From a virus: a stretch of DNA of 64,000 bases. The number at the start of each line of letters is the position of its first letter. Positions within the stretch are counted from its first letter, which is position 1. This document shows positions 32,301 through 39,863 of the stretch, one piece after another. The notes beneath the pieces are model-generated. The model was not told the DNA's origin, made no database searches, and saw nothing but the letters and a program-made list of their open reading frames with translations. The stretch covers positions 105,743 to 169,742 of the IMG/VR virus record IMGVR_UViG_3300020056_002227. One strand, 5' to 3'. A program made the position numbers and the translations under genes.

Positions 32301-33398
32301 GGCAGTGCTACCAATGTAGCATATATGGGTAGAGAAAATGGTAATGCGATCGCTTACTTCTATAACAGAGTATATGGTCGGATTTACTACGATATTGATG
32401 GTGGCTCGAGTTACTATGGTGATTTTGCAGGTACGACTCGAGTAAATCAGCTTACTCCAAACAGAATTAACTCACCATACGCTGGTGGAAACTCTGGTAT
32501 TACAAGAGCTAGTTCACCATACTCATTCGGCTTCCAAGAATCGGGTGGTTGGGGTAGCCCATTTCCTGACTTAGTACTCCAGTATCACACTGGTATATCT
32601 ATGGCAGCTAACCCAAGCTACCAAGGTATTAGATTCTTTAATGACTATAACAGTAGTGCTCTAAGATTCCAGATTAATGGTGGCTCTAGTTATACTTACA
32701 AATATACATGGATGTACACAAACCGAGATAGTGGTATGTACACCAGCGACTCTGACGGTAATGGTGCTCACATCTATCCTAACCGACAGACATCTTATGG
32801 TTCTTGGAACTTCTTAGGAAGCAGAAGTGGTTGGAGAGGTCTTGCATTCTCTGATTCAACATATAGACCTCACATAATGTTTGATGGTAGTTCGAGTGGT
32901 GGTTACTATATTCAGGATCTAGGACGTTGGGTATACTATCATAACCGCGCTAGGAACTGTACAGGCTTTGCTTCATCTTCAACAGTTTCCGGGTATCGTG
33001 TACGTATTAATGGTTCACTCTATTGTAACGGTAACGTTGTTGCTTACTCAGACAGACGTAAGAAAAAGAATATTGTTACTATTGATAATGCTCTTGATAA
33101 AGTATTACAATTACGTGGTGTATACTACGAAAGAATTGAAGATTTAGTTGATGACCGCGATGACCTCTATAAGGGCCGTCAGTTAGGTATGATTGCTCAA
33201 GAAGTAGAAGAAATTGTACCTGAGGTTGTATCATACGCAGAAGAAATTGATGAGTATGCACTTGACTATCCTAAGATGGTCGGTCTACTTGTCGAAGCTC
33301 ATAAGGATCAACAAGAGATTATAAATAGCCAACAAGAAAAGATTGACAAACTCGAAGAAATGGTATATAATATGATGCAAAAAATGGAGAACCTATAA
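23355..33398 (+). CDS. Giant long tail fibre (~3347 aa) with a C-terminal S74 intramolecular chaperone
   Basis: ATG at 23355 follows GGAG (the track's GTG at 23346 overlaps the RBS region). Many F.D.D...YY.DP..TS repeats. C-terminal AYSDRRKKKNI..ALDKVLQLRGVYY..GMIAQEVEEIVPEVV..LDY.KMVGLL is the S74 signature. Confidence 0.9.
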   Translation: MANDKKFIAKNGLLTPQKAIIGSTTDNGVDELQVTGTSNLAGAVTIENATASTISLEVENTGAGGFTPTANIAKFTGDIDSLSIQNVIGGSYRITNPGNNNRIIFYNNTSGIDIQYAGSSRLAITSTGNDFSGLNTTTIDGNRIITVLDQASQGGSFDAATLDQLDSTQFVRSDESDTMNGSYIITGDLTVSGNTTFINTEQLLVADNIFTLNSDFTTGNPTEDAGMEIRRGGQANSSFVWDETNDYFKLISAGTDLGRIITTADEGPGNGFDADTVDGLHGYQFLRSDVDDTANGNITILGGLTVGDGNGPARIDMNGSGQARTIYTNNGEIGFLNSGYNWAVKSDANGDLEVERDVEAGRDVLADGDVTAQNNITATTGNITATAGSISAATTVTAGTDVIGQRFVDADDNAYYADPASNSIFSGLGLDDNLFHNGDTDTRLRFETDHIKLETGGNVRFDVNNSRVLASLDTYVPNLVVNDAIIHNNDTDTRILFTTDVVQIDTGGSTRLQVDNAGVDIFGNLDVTNTATANTVIGLTSMRSPIYYDTDNDSYFGNFAGTSVMNDISIDDYISHNGDADTYFGFVGPDQIRFATGNAQRLYISNSQIESSVYFYAPRFVDLDNNSYYVDPNSTSILSTVNVDDWLQHIGNEDTRIGFPATDTINIQTDGFTRFIANNSQVTVTTDLKVDGNIISGGDGIFDGDVYASKFIDSDDNNYYADPNATSVMKTVGIDDYIVHNGDSDTKIGFLMNDTLQMDAGGTTIFIAQSTAAEYYVDLYGEDAYFRTFYDNDNSAYFLNPAETGVSLNVAGLVRTGNGSAAGPAYSFGSDTNTGMYRKGADQIGFSAGGNEELVVYNNRVEAPGEVRSPIFYDLATPAYYGDFASTSQMNRIDIDDYIRHRGDTNTYMGFDAADSWGVWAGGTKRLGIDTDSADFTVDVYAPKFIDSDNNSYYLDPADTSTSATLNGKVLIGNVSDAARWDDNTGNGGISLMNHGSYASGQNTTVGISGNYAGGYSLMYLNRIDPNTNPFNAGNRYIHFYHDGNQGTNLSGDSSGNLYWLMLAGTSQSYWTQAGSTIFTINDNGNLVVGGSSPTYTDGGDNTPLTAAINPAKLHVNGSIYLNGANDGIIFGRGTASFLRDEELGFGWGGGWYMTDATYLRVRNNKAVYSGGDAYFNRYYDTNATSRWIEPGGGGILAGNFEFAATDTGTSYSTAAIELRESNYTGNGTATPPRISWHWGGVVASQMAIESSGRIVVRNNPGNGYEAFGAGNIYGTKFWDIDNNNFSFEPNVSNAWRLQTPTGYLDFGSMNASYLHFQTDRPAFYFNQPVSFDGNIAGYGGNETASFARYYDSNDTDYWVDPHTFSRMNGINFGIPGNGTNTKGRYLSIEGNTDGSGEGSSRIFFAEHNSTTGSMSAYGMSLGYRGGATSIVGGDGNTWTGLSQINNGEWGLWGHNGSAIGSWAMKGPRDGTYVVASGSFRAPIFYDWTSSSWYVNPDGDSRLNTITLDGNAVQLREPTGNYGSFMVDGGARGGYEGFSIGGRVVFMHNNASASGIYDDVNNQWMARFNLGSNVDLRYAGVVQAETANGYFLANNEIRSPIFRDTTSPTTWFVDPSGTSRVNTLRTNRIYPAYDNDTSIYIDYVGGDYGSLQINGGGKNGWRGLSLLGQFVWMTPGDGARNGIYNDIDNQWQQQWYRGAGSILYYAGGSQFSIENGYALATNQMRAPIYYPPSTTSYYLDLDRGNTNQALRVGGIIERVGFQTSGDGNNNIFNRAQDYSHWIWQTATDWGIFWAGNNNPYRSYFSTSNPNEIVFIGNGNLRASIDLDDGRAHFTGNVSAPDFLLNGGNEDISLNPAYGSGGADLVLFDMTPYFEARVTRVLRGAENNLTGTTSEYVKGDGPFAGSYVLQTSNYRTFYSDYIPVVPGEDLYGEISHRVVSGSGGRLYYGIERFDKDKRPIAGNTGTTYFVAGGSIYTNTTWQTQRAHTTLPTSHTPYNGSDGGGVHWVRIRILINYNSGGALRQIGGIMLKRRNVESNLLVDNIVANDILADDITADNVDAYRFRDRDATGYYVEPANITQSARFRGQTYYGPNATWGAYLTVGGDGRNGYINSGTASVATTNGNLHLDSGSGYNTYINYYDGSNIYFGTGGNATHSVWESNGDLRIGGSGSTAASGFKLHVDGNTYVNGNVRANRFEDTSSPSSRYVDPASTSQINRLNVNEIKSFPSPQYGQLFFDHSGIAYPSGRSQVVGTGLGIYSSYSGGSGNPFTYDITASFNNNGKAFEIAADWINTNRTPLLVRSLRDCCQNWTPWTQIATSGVEFLTGAGIKAPWFADSDNDFYRMDPASTSQINAMNMRGTLNMEFGAQINLRAPGTNNLRGYIQVRDSNDGHLRIATSGGEDIRFMDGGLDGQWNMIIRGDGNTLINNYIDATRFRDRNDPSNYYGDFASTSIMNQVDVNRIRSRNSTGYFWDGNEDLAMYVYGEISNSNYATGNLQPGALNIGRTDRNYRFTGDGGSWAGDIRAGILANCSEYWEFALHDSGRSVESLLYYDTANIHIGRNIGWGTSRVIHPGGTASTIYTDWTNTGYYLNPEGLNDSNINGVNNRTSAMMGMPGHTRNSGYYYRARPRQTSNTDYWTGAFGWGRIDMNQVATWGSGFIDSWSNPPNQPSGTSHWVGAQAFHYRNSNTSGYGWQMVGGPIEGLRFRSSWPSWRSWRNIVVGGVNDGSAAGTIYAPRFTNTTNTGYYGDFDTTSRMNVIDINEGYNYGWWRNRTSGRGLYSQANGRHFYSPGNVYWHIDGRSDVGGLIFYDRYNSSQGSGTGRRGYVYYDGSGFGLLHSGGGWAVRTVSGTTELYGNAYAGTFRANIIYDRDNGDGWYWNGGGTSRSNVTITNTSYFSSNTNRGYAEGYGTRGSALRRISYISMNNGSSAWNSYNYHGIASTNSSNNFADSISINSYNDITMRLDSNSNNTNSYLRIMDNTVGSATNVAYMGRENGNAIAYFYNRVYGRIYYDIDGGSSYYGDFAGTTRVNQLTPNRINSPYAGGNSGITRASSPYSFGFQESGGWGSPFPDLVLQYHTGISMAANPSYQGIRFFNDYNSSALRFQINGGSSYTYKYTWMYTNRDSGMYTSDSDGNGAHIYPNRQTSYGSWNFLGSRSGWRGLAFSDSTYRPHIMFDGSSSGGYYIQDLGRWVYYHNRARNCTGFASSSTVSGYRVRINGSLYCNGNVVAYSDRRKKKNIVTIDNALDKVLQLRGVYYERIEDLVDDRDDLYKGRQLGMIAQEVEEIVPEVVSYAEEIDEYALDYPKMVGLLVEAHKDQQEIINSQQEKIDKLEEMVYNMMQKMENL

Positions 33399-33829
33399 TG
33401 GCTTTAATTCAATCATATGAAATTCCCGGCACAGGTCTTAGTGCACCCAATGCGTATTTTGTGGTAACCGATGTTAAGGTTCAAAAGAGAATGCAAGACA
33501 TATTACCACCACCGGATGAGTCTGACCCCACCGGCCTTACCAATGGGGGTATACAAGAAGGCCCGGAGGTTTATTGGAAGTCAGGATATGTGGCAACTAT
33601 ATCAGTTACAATCTGGACTGATAAGACTGCTAGAGAGGAAGGAAAGAAACCTGTCGGTTTTGCAGGAGTAAACCCTACTGATATGGAAGCAGATCTGCAC
33701 ATCGGAACGGAAGGATTAGACCACAGATGTGTCTTTATGCTAGATATGGATTCACCCGATAGCCATGTTGTTCAGGCATATTCTCATTTGAAGTCTCTTG
33801 ACTATTTTGCCGGGGCAACCGAAGACTAA
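33398..33829 (+). CDS. Hypothetical protein, probable fibre accessory
   Basis: Start overlaps the fibre stop (TAATG); TATAAATA at 33320 upstream. Confidence 0.7.
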   Translation: MALIQSYEIPGTGLSAPNAYFVVTDVKVQKRMQDILPPPDESDPTGLTNGGIQEGPEVYWKSGYVATISVTIWTDKTAREEGKKPVGFAGVNPTDMEADLHIGTEGLDHRCVFMLDMDSPDSHVVQAYSHLKSLDYFAGATED

Positions 33830-33869
33830 TAAATAGATTTCATAAATTAATTTTTACGGAGAACAAATA

Positions 33870-34295
33870 ATGGCATTAACCTATACATATAAGGTAACTG
33901 GTCTTAAGACGCGCGATCAGGTAAACAGTGATGGAATAACTCTTGCTGATGCAGTTGTCCAAACCTATTGGGAAATGGAAGGCACAGATGAAAATGGCGA
34001 CACGGCCATCCATTCTGGTGCAACTCCTTTCACTGCTGAGAATGTGGTTGCAGGATCTTTCGTATCTTTCTCTGAATTGACGGAAGAAACTGTGCTTCAA
34101 TGGATTAAAGATTACATTGCTAGTGAACCAACTTATTCAGCACATATCGAAGAGCAGATGCGCAAAGAAATCGATCGCAGAGCAATCAAGGACGCTACTT
34201 TACCCTGGGCACCTGAAGCGAATACAACACCAACACCAGGTGCAGAAGCAGATCCGGTGGAAGATGACAGCCCTTCAGAGCCCGCACCTGAGTAA
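33870..34295 (+). CDS. Small acidic tail-fibre-associated protein (paralog of 34310)
   Basis: TY..K/E...L.DAV....W....T.E.G...FV....LT......W...PW pattern shared with the next gene; GGAG RBS. Confidence 0.7.
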   Translation: MALTYTYKVTGLKTRDQVNSDGITLADAVVQTYWEMEGTDENGDTAIHSGATPFTAENVVAGSFVSFSELTEETVLQWIKDYIASEPTYSAHIEEQMRKEIDRRAIKDATLPWAPEANTTPTPGAEADPVEDDSPSEPAPE

Positions 34296-34309
34296 TACGG
34301 AGTAAACTC

Positions 34310-34639
34310 ATGACCTATTCGTGGGAGATCCTCGAGCTCTATACTGAAGACGTAACCAACTCGGAAGATGTTGTATTGCAAGACGCCGTCTGTCAGATTG
34401 TTTGGAGAAAAACTCTAACAACCGAAGACGGCGATAAGTCCTCATATCTGAGTACAACAAGTGTAAGTGCGGCAGAAACTTTGCAGGCAGATTTTGTTGA
34501 ATATGCTTCACTGACACCCGGGATGCTAATAGAGTGGGCTCAGTCTTGGCATACAGAGTCGGATACTGACATGATAAATAAAATCTTGATTAAGAGATTG
34601 AATAACACAAGGGAAGAAAAAGCCATACCTTGGTTATAA
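34310..34639 (+). CDS. Small acidic tail-fibre-associated protein (paralog of 33870)
   Basis: Aligns by eye to the 33870 product; GGAG RBS. Confidence 0.7.
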   Translation: MTYSWEILELYTEDVTNSEDVVLQDAVCQIVWRKTLTTEDGDKSSYLSTTSVSAAETLQADFVEYASLTPGMLIEWAQSWHTESDTDMINKILIKRLNNTREEKAIPWL

Positions 34640-34642
34640 CGG

Positions 34643-34671
34643 TTGACTTTCACGGTTGGCCGTGATATAAT
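34643..34671 (+). promoter_or_regulatory. Sigma70-type (early/host) promoter TTGACT-N17-TATAAT with extended -10 and an inverted repeat in the spacer
   Basis: TTGACT at 34643-48, a 17-nt spacer ending in TGn, and TATAAT at 34666-71. The spacer contains TCACGG-ttgg-CCGTGA. Confidence 0.8.
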
Positions 34672-34697
34672 ATAATATATTTTATTATGGAGTTGCT

Positions 34698-35729
34698 ATG
34701 TATGACTTGCGAAAGCATGGATTAGTTTATTACGCCCTTCAAAGGGGTGCATCAATTCATCCAATTATCCTACCTAAAGAACTAACTGGTGAATCGGGAA
34801 TTATGAATCCGTCTATTTTCAATAGAAACGGAAAAATTCTCATGAACATTCGCCATGTAAATTATACACTTCACCACAGTGAAGGCCACAAATTTCCTCA
34901 CGTTTGGGGCCCACTGCAATATATCCATCCAGAAAATGATATCAGTCTAGGTACAAATAATATCATTTGTGAACTAGACGAAGACCTCAATCTAATGGAG
35001 GTCTGTAAATTAAAAATGAATTACGATACCAAACCTACTTGGAATTTTATAGGCTTGGAAGATGCTCGTCTTTTTGAATGGGAAGATAGATTGTTCCTAT
35101 GCGGTGTTCGTCGAGACTGCTATGACGATAAGGGCACTGGAAGAATGGAATTGTGTGAGATTGATTTTGTCGATGGTATATGGCAAGAGTTGGGCCGATA
35201 TCCAATTCCTGCTCCACCACCCGATCTTTCATATTGTGAAAAGAATTGGATGCCAGTACTAGACAAACCTTGGCATTTCGTCAAGTGGACCAACCCCACA
35301 GAGGTTGTTGAATATGATATTAATAACCGTGAGACCAAGCAGGTTGTACATGATCCAAACAAAAGATATCCTATTTGGCGTGATGTGAGGGGTGGAACAC
35401 AGGTGGTTCAAATTGCCCCAGATAAGAGAATGGCAATCACACACGAGGTAGATTTGACCAAAGATGTTCATGGTAGAAAAGACGGTCATTACATGCATAG
35501 GTGTATCGTATGGGATGATGATTGGAATGTGATTCACCACACCGATAGTTTTACATTTCATGGTACTCAAAAAGATCATTCGAGAGGCTTGGAATACTGT
35601 ATTGAATTTGCCACAGGGTTGTGTTTCCATGGTGATCATGCTCTGATTTCCTATGGCTTTCAAGATAATGGGGTTTACATTTTAAAAATGAATGTCCAAG
35701 ACTTTTTTGATTTTTTGGTGAAGGGATAA
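34698..35729 (+). CDS. Five-bladed beta-propeller glycoside hydrolase/phosphorylase-like protein (GH130/GH43-like)
   Basis: MNPSIF, GLEDARLF, EKNWMP, RGGT, IEFATGL and ISYG..D motifs. Confidence 0.7.
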   Translation: MYDLRKHGLVYYALQRGASIHPIILPKELTGESGIMNPSIFNRNGKILMNIRHVNYTLHHSEGHKFPHVWGPLQYIHPENDISLGTNNIICELDEDLNLMEVCKLKMNYDTKPTWNFIGLEDARLFEWEDRLFLCGVRRDCYDDKGTGRMELCEIDFVDGIWQELGRYPIPAPPPDLSYCEKNWMPVLDKPWHFVKWTNPTEVVEYDINNRETKQVVHDPNKRYPIWRDVRGGTQVVQIAPDKRMAITHEVDLTKDVHGRKDGHYMHRCIVWDDDWNVIHHTDSFTFHGTQKDHSRGLEYCIEFATGLCFHGDHALISYGFQDNGVYILKMNVQDFFDFLVKG

Positions 35730-35733
35730 TAAT

Positions 35734-37038
35734 ATGAGTGAACAACGTCTTCGTGATTTGGTAACAGAATTAGGATTCGATCCCAAAAACACCACAAAAA
35801 TGTATCATCTTGCCAGGGAATATGATCGGCTAGAACAAGGAGCAATGGCAATTTCTCTTTATCTAAGAGCAGCAGATATTGAAGAAAATAATGTAGATTT
35901 ACAGTATCGTTGTATGGTCTATATGTCCGAATGTTATCATAGACAAGGAGATCGAAAAAACAGTGTTTTGGCATCACTGCAACACGCAGTCATGTTAGAT
36001 CCATCCCGGCCAGAAGCATATTGGTTGATGTGTAAGATATATGAAGAATTTGGTGATTGGAGAAATATGGGTATCTTTGCTGAGATAGGCCTCAAGGTTT
36101 CAACACCATCGGATGATCCTATCACGGATATAGGCTATCCTGGTAGATGGGTGTTCTATTACTATAAGGCCTACTCTGATTGGAAATGGAAGGGTGGTCA
36201 ACCTGCCAAGGAAATGCTATTTAATTTTAGATATCGCATGAAAAAAGGACCCTTCTACGCTCATAAGGCACTTGAATTACAAATGCGCGAAATAGGTGTT
36301 CCCGAATTCTTGTATTATAAGAAACAAGATTTTAAAAGAGCTCGATTTAAATTTCCTGGCTTAGAAAATGTAGAAAGAAACTATTCTTCCTCTTTACAAG
36401 ATCTATTCGTATTAACAGTATTAAATGGTAAGAAAAATGGATCTTATGTAGAGCTGGGTAGTGGTCACCCTCATGTAGGTAATAATACTGCTTTGCTAGA
36501 AGAAAAATTTGGGTGGCGAGGTATCTCCCTTGACAATAATCAGACTTTTGCTAGGGAATTCAGTGAAGAGAGAAAAAACTCTGTTTTATGTGCTGACAGT
36601 ACCGGAATAGATTATTCAGTTTTATTCAAACAGTTTTGTTTAGATGACCAAATTGATTATCTTCAGATTGATGTTGATGACGCAACATACGACACCCTTC
36701 TTAAAATACCATTTGATCAATACAAATTTGGTGTGATTACCATTGAGCATGACCATTATAGGTGGATAAAATTAGACCCAGAGGTAAGAAAAACAAGGCC
36801 AGATATAAGAGAGTTCAGTCGTAAATACCTGTCTGAAAAAGGCTATGTTCTACTTGTACCTGATGCTGGACTTGGACCTAGAAGCCCCTATGAAGACTGG
36901 TGGATACACCCGAGTCTAGTTGAATCTTGTGAACATCTCAAACCTCAAGACCCTGGTAAGAGTGTTAATTTTGTTTGGGAGTACTTGATGCATCACGATG
37001 AAGAATATCTTGACGACATTGAGGAGTTTCTGAATTGA
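35734..37038 (+). CDS. TPR-repeat protein fused to a FkbM-like SAM methyltransferase
   Basis: N-terminal TPR helices (A...YLRAAD; P.RPEAY). C-terminal QDLFV...KKNGSYVELGS.HP..GNNT.LLE..FGWRGISLD...IDYLQIDVD...EDWW. Confidence 0.75.
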   Translation: MSEQRLRDLVTELGFDPKNTTKMYHLAREYDRLEQGAMAISLYLRAADIEENNVDLQYRCMVYMSECYHRQGDRKNSVLASLQHAVMLDPSRPEAYWLMCKIYEEFGDWRNMGIFAEIGLKVSTPSDDPITDIGYPGRWVFYYYKAYSDWKWKGGQPAKEMLFNFRYRMKKGPFYAHKALELQMREIGVPEFLYYKKQDFKRARFKFPGLENVERNYSSSLQDLFVLTVLNGKKNGSYVELGSGHPHVGNNTALLEEKFGWRGISLDNNQTFAREFSEERKNSVLCADSTGIDYSVLFKQFCLDDQIDYLQIDVDDATYDTLLKIPFDQYKFGVITIEHDHYRWIKLDPEVRKTRPDIREFSRKYLSEKGYVLLVPDAGLGPRSPYEDWWIHPSLVESCEHLKPQDPGKSVNFVWEYLMHHDEEYLDDIEEFLN

Positions 37039-37817
37039 AAAGAATTCAGAAAGTGGTAATAGCAACTGGTGGTTTCGATCCAATTCACAGTGGTCATATA
37101 CGATATTTAAATAATGCAAGACTTTTGGGTGATGTGCTAATAGTAGGTTTGAATTCGGATTCTTGGTTACAAAGAAAGAAGGGAAAGGAATTCATGCCGA
37201 TCGAAGAGAGATCAGCAATAGTCAGTAATTTAAAATGTGTAGACGATGTAATCACTTTTGATGATTCTGATAATAGCGCAAAAGATGCAATTACTCAAGT
37301 AAGAAACCGATACCCTAAAGCTCACCTAATCTTTGCTAACGGGGGAGACCGTACCTCAACTAATATACCAGAGAAGTCATTAAATATTTCTGGTTCAATC
37401 GAATTTTATTTTGGTGTCGGTGGTAATGATAAGGCAAATAGTTCAAGCTGGATTTTATCGAGTTGGGGTGATTGGAAAGACGAGAAGTGGCCACGAGCAT
37501 GGGGACATTACAGAGTTCTCTATGAGGTGGACAGTAAAACAAAGGTCAAGGAACTAACTGTCTACCCTGGCCGAAAATTAAGCCTTCAGAAACATTTTCA
37601 TCGTCATGAATATTGGATGTGTATAGAAGGTTCAGCAACCGTATATACAGGCTATGAACCATCGAATTTAAAAATGAAACAACTTGACGCTCACGAAGAA
37701 ATCACTATACCCCTTGGTTATTGGCATAGACTTGAAAACAACACAGACGAAAACGTAAAGATAATAGAGATACAATACGGCACAGAATGTGTTGAGAGTG
37801 ATATTACTCGATTATAA
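37035..37817 (+). CDS. Cytidylyltransferase-family (HxGH) domain fused to a mannose-6-phosphate-isomerase-type cupin
   Basis: GGFDPIHSGH...GLNSD...FANGGDR...NSSSW in the N-terminal half; R.WG.Y...LSLQKHFHRHEYW...HRLEN...IEIQYG..EsDI.R in the C-terminal half. TTG start after GAGGAG. Confidence 0.85.
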   Translation: MKRIQKVVIATGGFDPIHSGHIRYLNNARLLGDVLIVGLNSDSWLQRKKGKEFMPIEERSAIVSNLKCVDDVITFDDSDNSAKDAITQVRNRYPKAHLIFANGGDRTSTNIPEKSLNISGSIEFYFGVGGNDKANSSSWILSSWGDWKDEKWPRAWGHYRVLYEVDSKTKVKELTVYPGRKLSLQKHFHRHEYWMCIEGSATVYTGYEPSNLKMKQLDAHEEITIPLGYWHRLENNTDENVKIIEIQYGTECVESDITRL

Positions 37818-37820
37818 ATA
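37813..37820 (+). promoter_or_regulatory. Late promoter TATAAATA (cassette 1)
   Basis: Exact consensus upstream of the gene at 37852. Confidence 0.8.
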
Positions 37821-37828
37821 AAAGAAAA

Positions 37829-37856
37829 GCTAATAGTCCAAGGAGACGAAGATGGC
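37829..37856 (+). repeat. 28-bp leader repeat, copy 1 (GCTAATAGTCCAAGGAGACGAAGATGGC)
   Basis: Identical to 40480-40507; spans the RBS and start codon. Confidence 0.95.
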
Positions 37857-38763
37857 TATCGAAATCGGTGAAATAGAAGTAATCAGTAACGGTCGTGCCC
37901 TTGTAGATATTCAAGGCGCTAATGGAAAGTACGATAATTTTCAGCCTAATGTAACTGATCTGACCGGTACTCAAATCAACTTCAATAATCCATTCAATAA
38001 TGTTACCCTCTCAGCAAACAGAACTTTTACTTTCTTTGCACTTGGGGCTGGGAAAACAACAATCGTAAATATAGACACTAGTGCTGATTTATACACGCCG
38101 ATATTTAATTTTGAATCTACTACCTTTCAGTGGCAATCTGATGCTGAACCAGATTGGGCTACTCGTAGATATTGGACTGTTGCACTAGTATGCTGGAGTG
38201 GAACAGTTGTTCGAGCCTCGGCAACCGGTTATGACGTCCAAGAAGGTGGTTCTACTAGTCCTGGTGCTCCAGAAATAATTGATCTTGGCAACGGGCTGCG
38301 AACGGCACCAACTGGTATTAATCCAGAATCCGCGGGTTTAGCCAGAGCAGGATTTTCATTCCTATCTAACGGCGAACTTAAGATGAATAATGTAGAAGGA
38401 GAATTGTCTTCTGGTAATATATTTACTCAAACAGCAGGAGCTCCAAGCCGTTGGTGTAGTGTAACTCCCACACAAACTTATTATATCAGAGCAACAATCC
38501 TTCAAAATTCCACTCATCCCGATGGCACTCTTGGTTTTGCCCAGGGCACTAGCTTAGATAATACATCTACCCTAGGCCAACTTGGCCCATGGTATTCATT
38601 AGCCGAAAATCGCACCTGGTGTATCGAAGAGACTGATGCTGGATCCCTTCTGGAGGACACTGAGCTTCGAATGAGAATAGAGATAGCATCGGATGACAAT
38701 GAAGATAGTATTCTTGCATCTAATGAATTTTTAATGATATGTAATTTGCAGGCGAATGATTAA
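37852..38763 (+). CDS. Modular virion protein A: shared ~125-aa N-domain plus a unique C-domain
   Basis: N-domain with W..D.EP.W...RYW motif shared with the 38778, 40503 and 40892 products. Confidence 0.7.
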   Translation: MAIEIGEIEVISNGRALVDIQGANGKYDNFQPNVTDLTGTQINFNNPFNNVTLSANRTFTFFALGAGKTTIVNIDTSADLYTPIFNFESTTFQWQSDAEPDWATRRYWTVALVCWSGTVVRASATGYDVQEGGSTSPGAPEIIDLGNGLRTAPTGINPESAGLARAGFSFLSNGELKMNNVEGELSSGNIFTQTAGAPSRWCSVTPTQTYYIRATILQNSTHPDGTLGFAQGTSLDNTSTLGQLGPWYSLAENRTWCIEETDAGSLLEDTELRMRIEIASDDNEDSILASNEFLMICNLQAND

Positions 38764-38777
38764 AAGGTTTAGTATCT

Positions 38778-39863
38778 ATGGCACATGAAATAGGAACAGA
38801 TGTTGTAATAGATAATAATCGTCGGCTGCAAAATATCACTGGAGCTGATGGGGTTTATTCTGATCTTTCGCCTACTGTAACCCAAATTACAAATACAATC
38901 AATTTTGATTTTCCGGTAATGTCTTGTGACATGACAGAAAATCTTACCTTCACCGCTACAAATATACCAACATCAGCAGACGATACCAGAATTTCGATGT
39001 TATTATTGAATAGGTCGGCTGATCTTCACACATTAAGTTTTGCAAACGTTAGTGGTGGAATTATTTGGACTACTGATAATGGACAAGAACCAACTTGGAG
39101 TGATTACCAATATTGGCAAGTGGTATTTACTGCATCTTCCGATAGAATTACTGCGGCCGCAGGAGGTTTCGGTGATGTGAGTGGTGGTGGTGGCGGTACG
39201 GCAGAAATGTCTACCAATATTAGTGTACCGAATGAATGGCTTAATAGATTAACACAAATCGAAGATACTGGATTTGGAACCACCCCCACAGCTTTCGTTG
39301 CAATTAGGTTTTTGCACGAACCGAATGATAATCGAATTGCAATTAGATGGACAGGGGGCCGAAGTACCGACACCATCCCCCAAAGTACGAATATAACAAC
39401 ATATGTAAATTATTCTGGTATCACTAACATTACAGCTCTTGATATTCAATATAATGTAGAAATTCAGGGCATTACCACCGGTGACAGCCTAACATTTAAC
39501 TGCACCCCAGCAGACCCATCTACTTTACAAACGGGTGACTTGCGAACGACTGGAATTCACGATTCTGGTGTAGATTATAATCTACTTGGTAGCACCGCGG
39601 GGGTTTATCTCTTGTGGCAAGGACAAGGTAGATCGCGCGATATCAATAACAATATACCAGGTACTCTGGGTTATTCTTACGCGGGTTTTCCGAGCCCACT
39701 TGATCCAAATTTCGCACCACATTTAAAAATTACTATGGTATGTGATCAGGGGACTTTTGTTGCAACTGGTTCAATGCCTATTACCGGCTCAGGTGTTAGC
39801 ATACCTGACGCTTTAAGTATATACCAGGCTGGAGATGGTACGGGCACGGGGGGATTTAATTAA
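38778..39863 (+). CDS. Modular virion protein B: N-domain plus tip domain Y
   Basis: N-domain motif EPTWSDYQYW. HEPNDNRIAI...ITTYVNYSGITNITALDIQYNV matches the C-terminus of the 42428 product. Confidence 0.7.
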   Translation: MAHEIGTDVVIDNNRRLQNITGADGVYSDLSPTVTQITNTINFDFPVMSCDMTENLTFTATNIPTSADDTRISMLLLNRSADLHTLSFANVSGGIIWTTDNGQEPTWSDYQYWQVVFTASSDRITAAAGGFGDVSGGGGGTAEMSTNISVPNEWLNRLTQIEDTGFGTTPTAFVAIRFLHEPNDNRIAIRWTGGRSTDTIPQSTNITTYVNYSGITNITALDIQYNVEIQGITTGDSLTFNCTPADPSTLQTGDLRTTGIHDSGVDYNLLGSTAGVYLLWQGQGRSRDINNNIPGTLGYSYAGFPSPLDPNFAPHLKITMVCDQGTFVATGSMPITGSGVSIPDALSIYQAGDGTGTGGFN

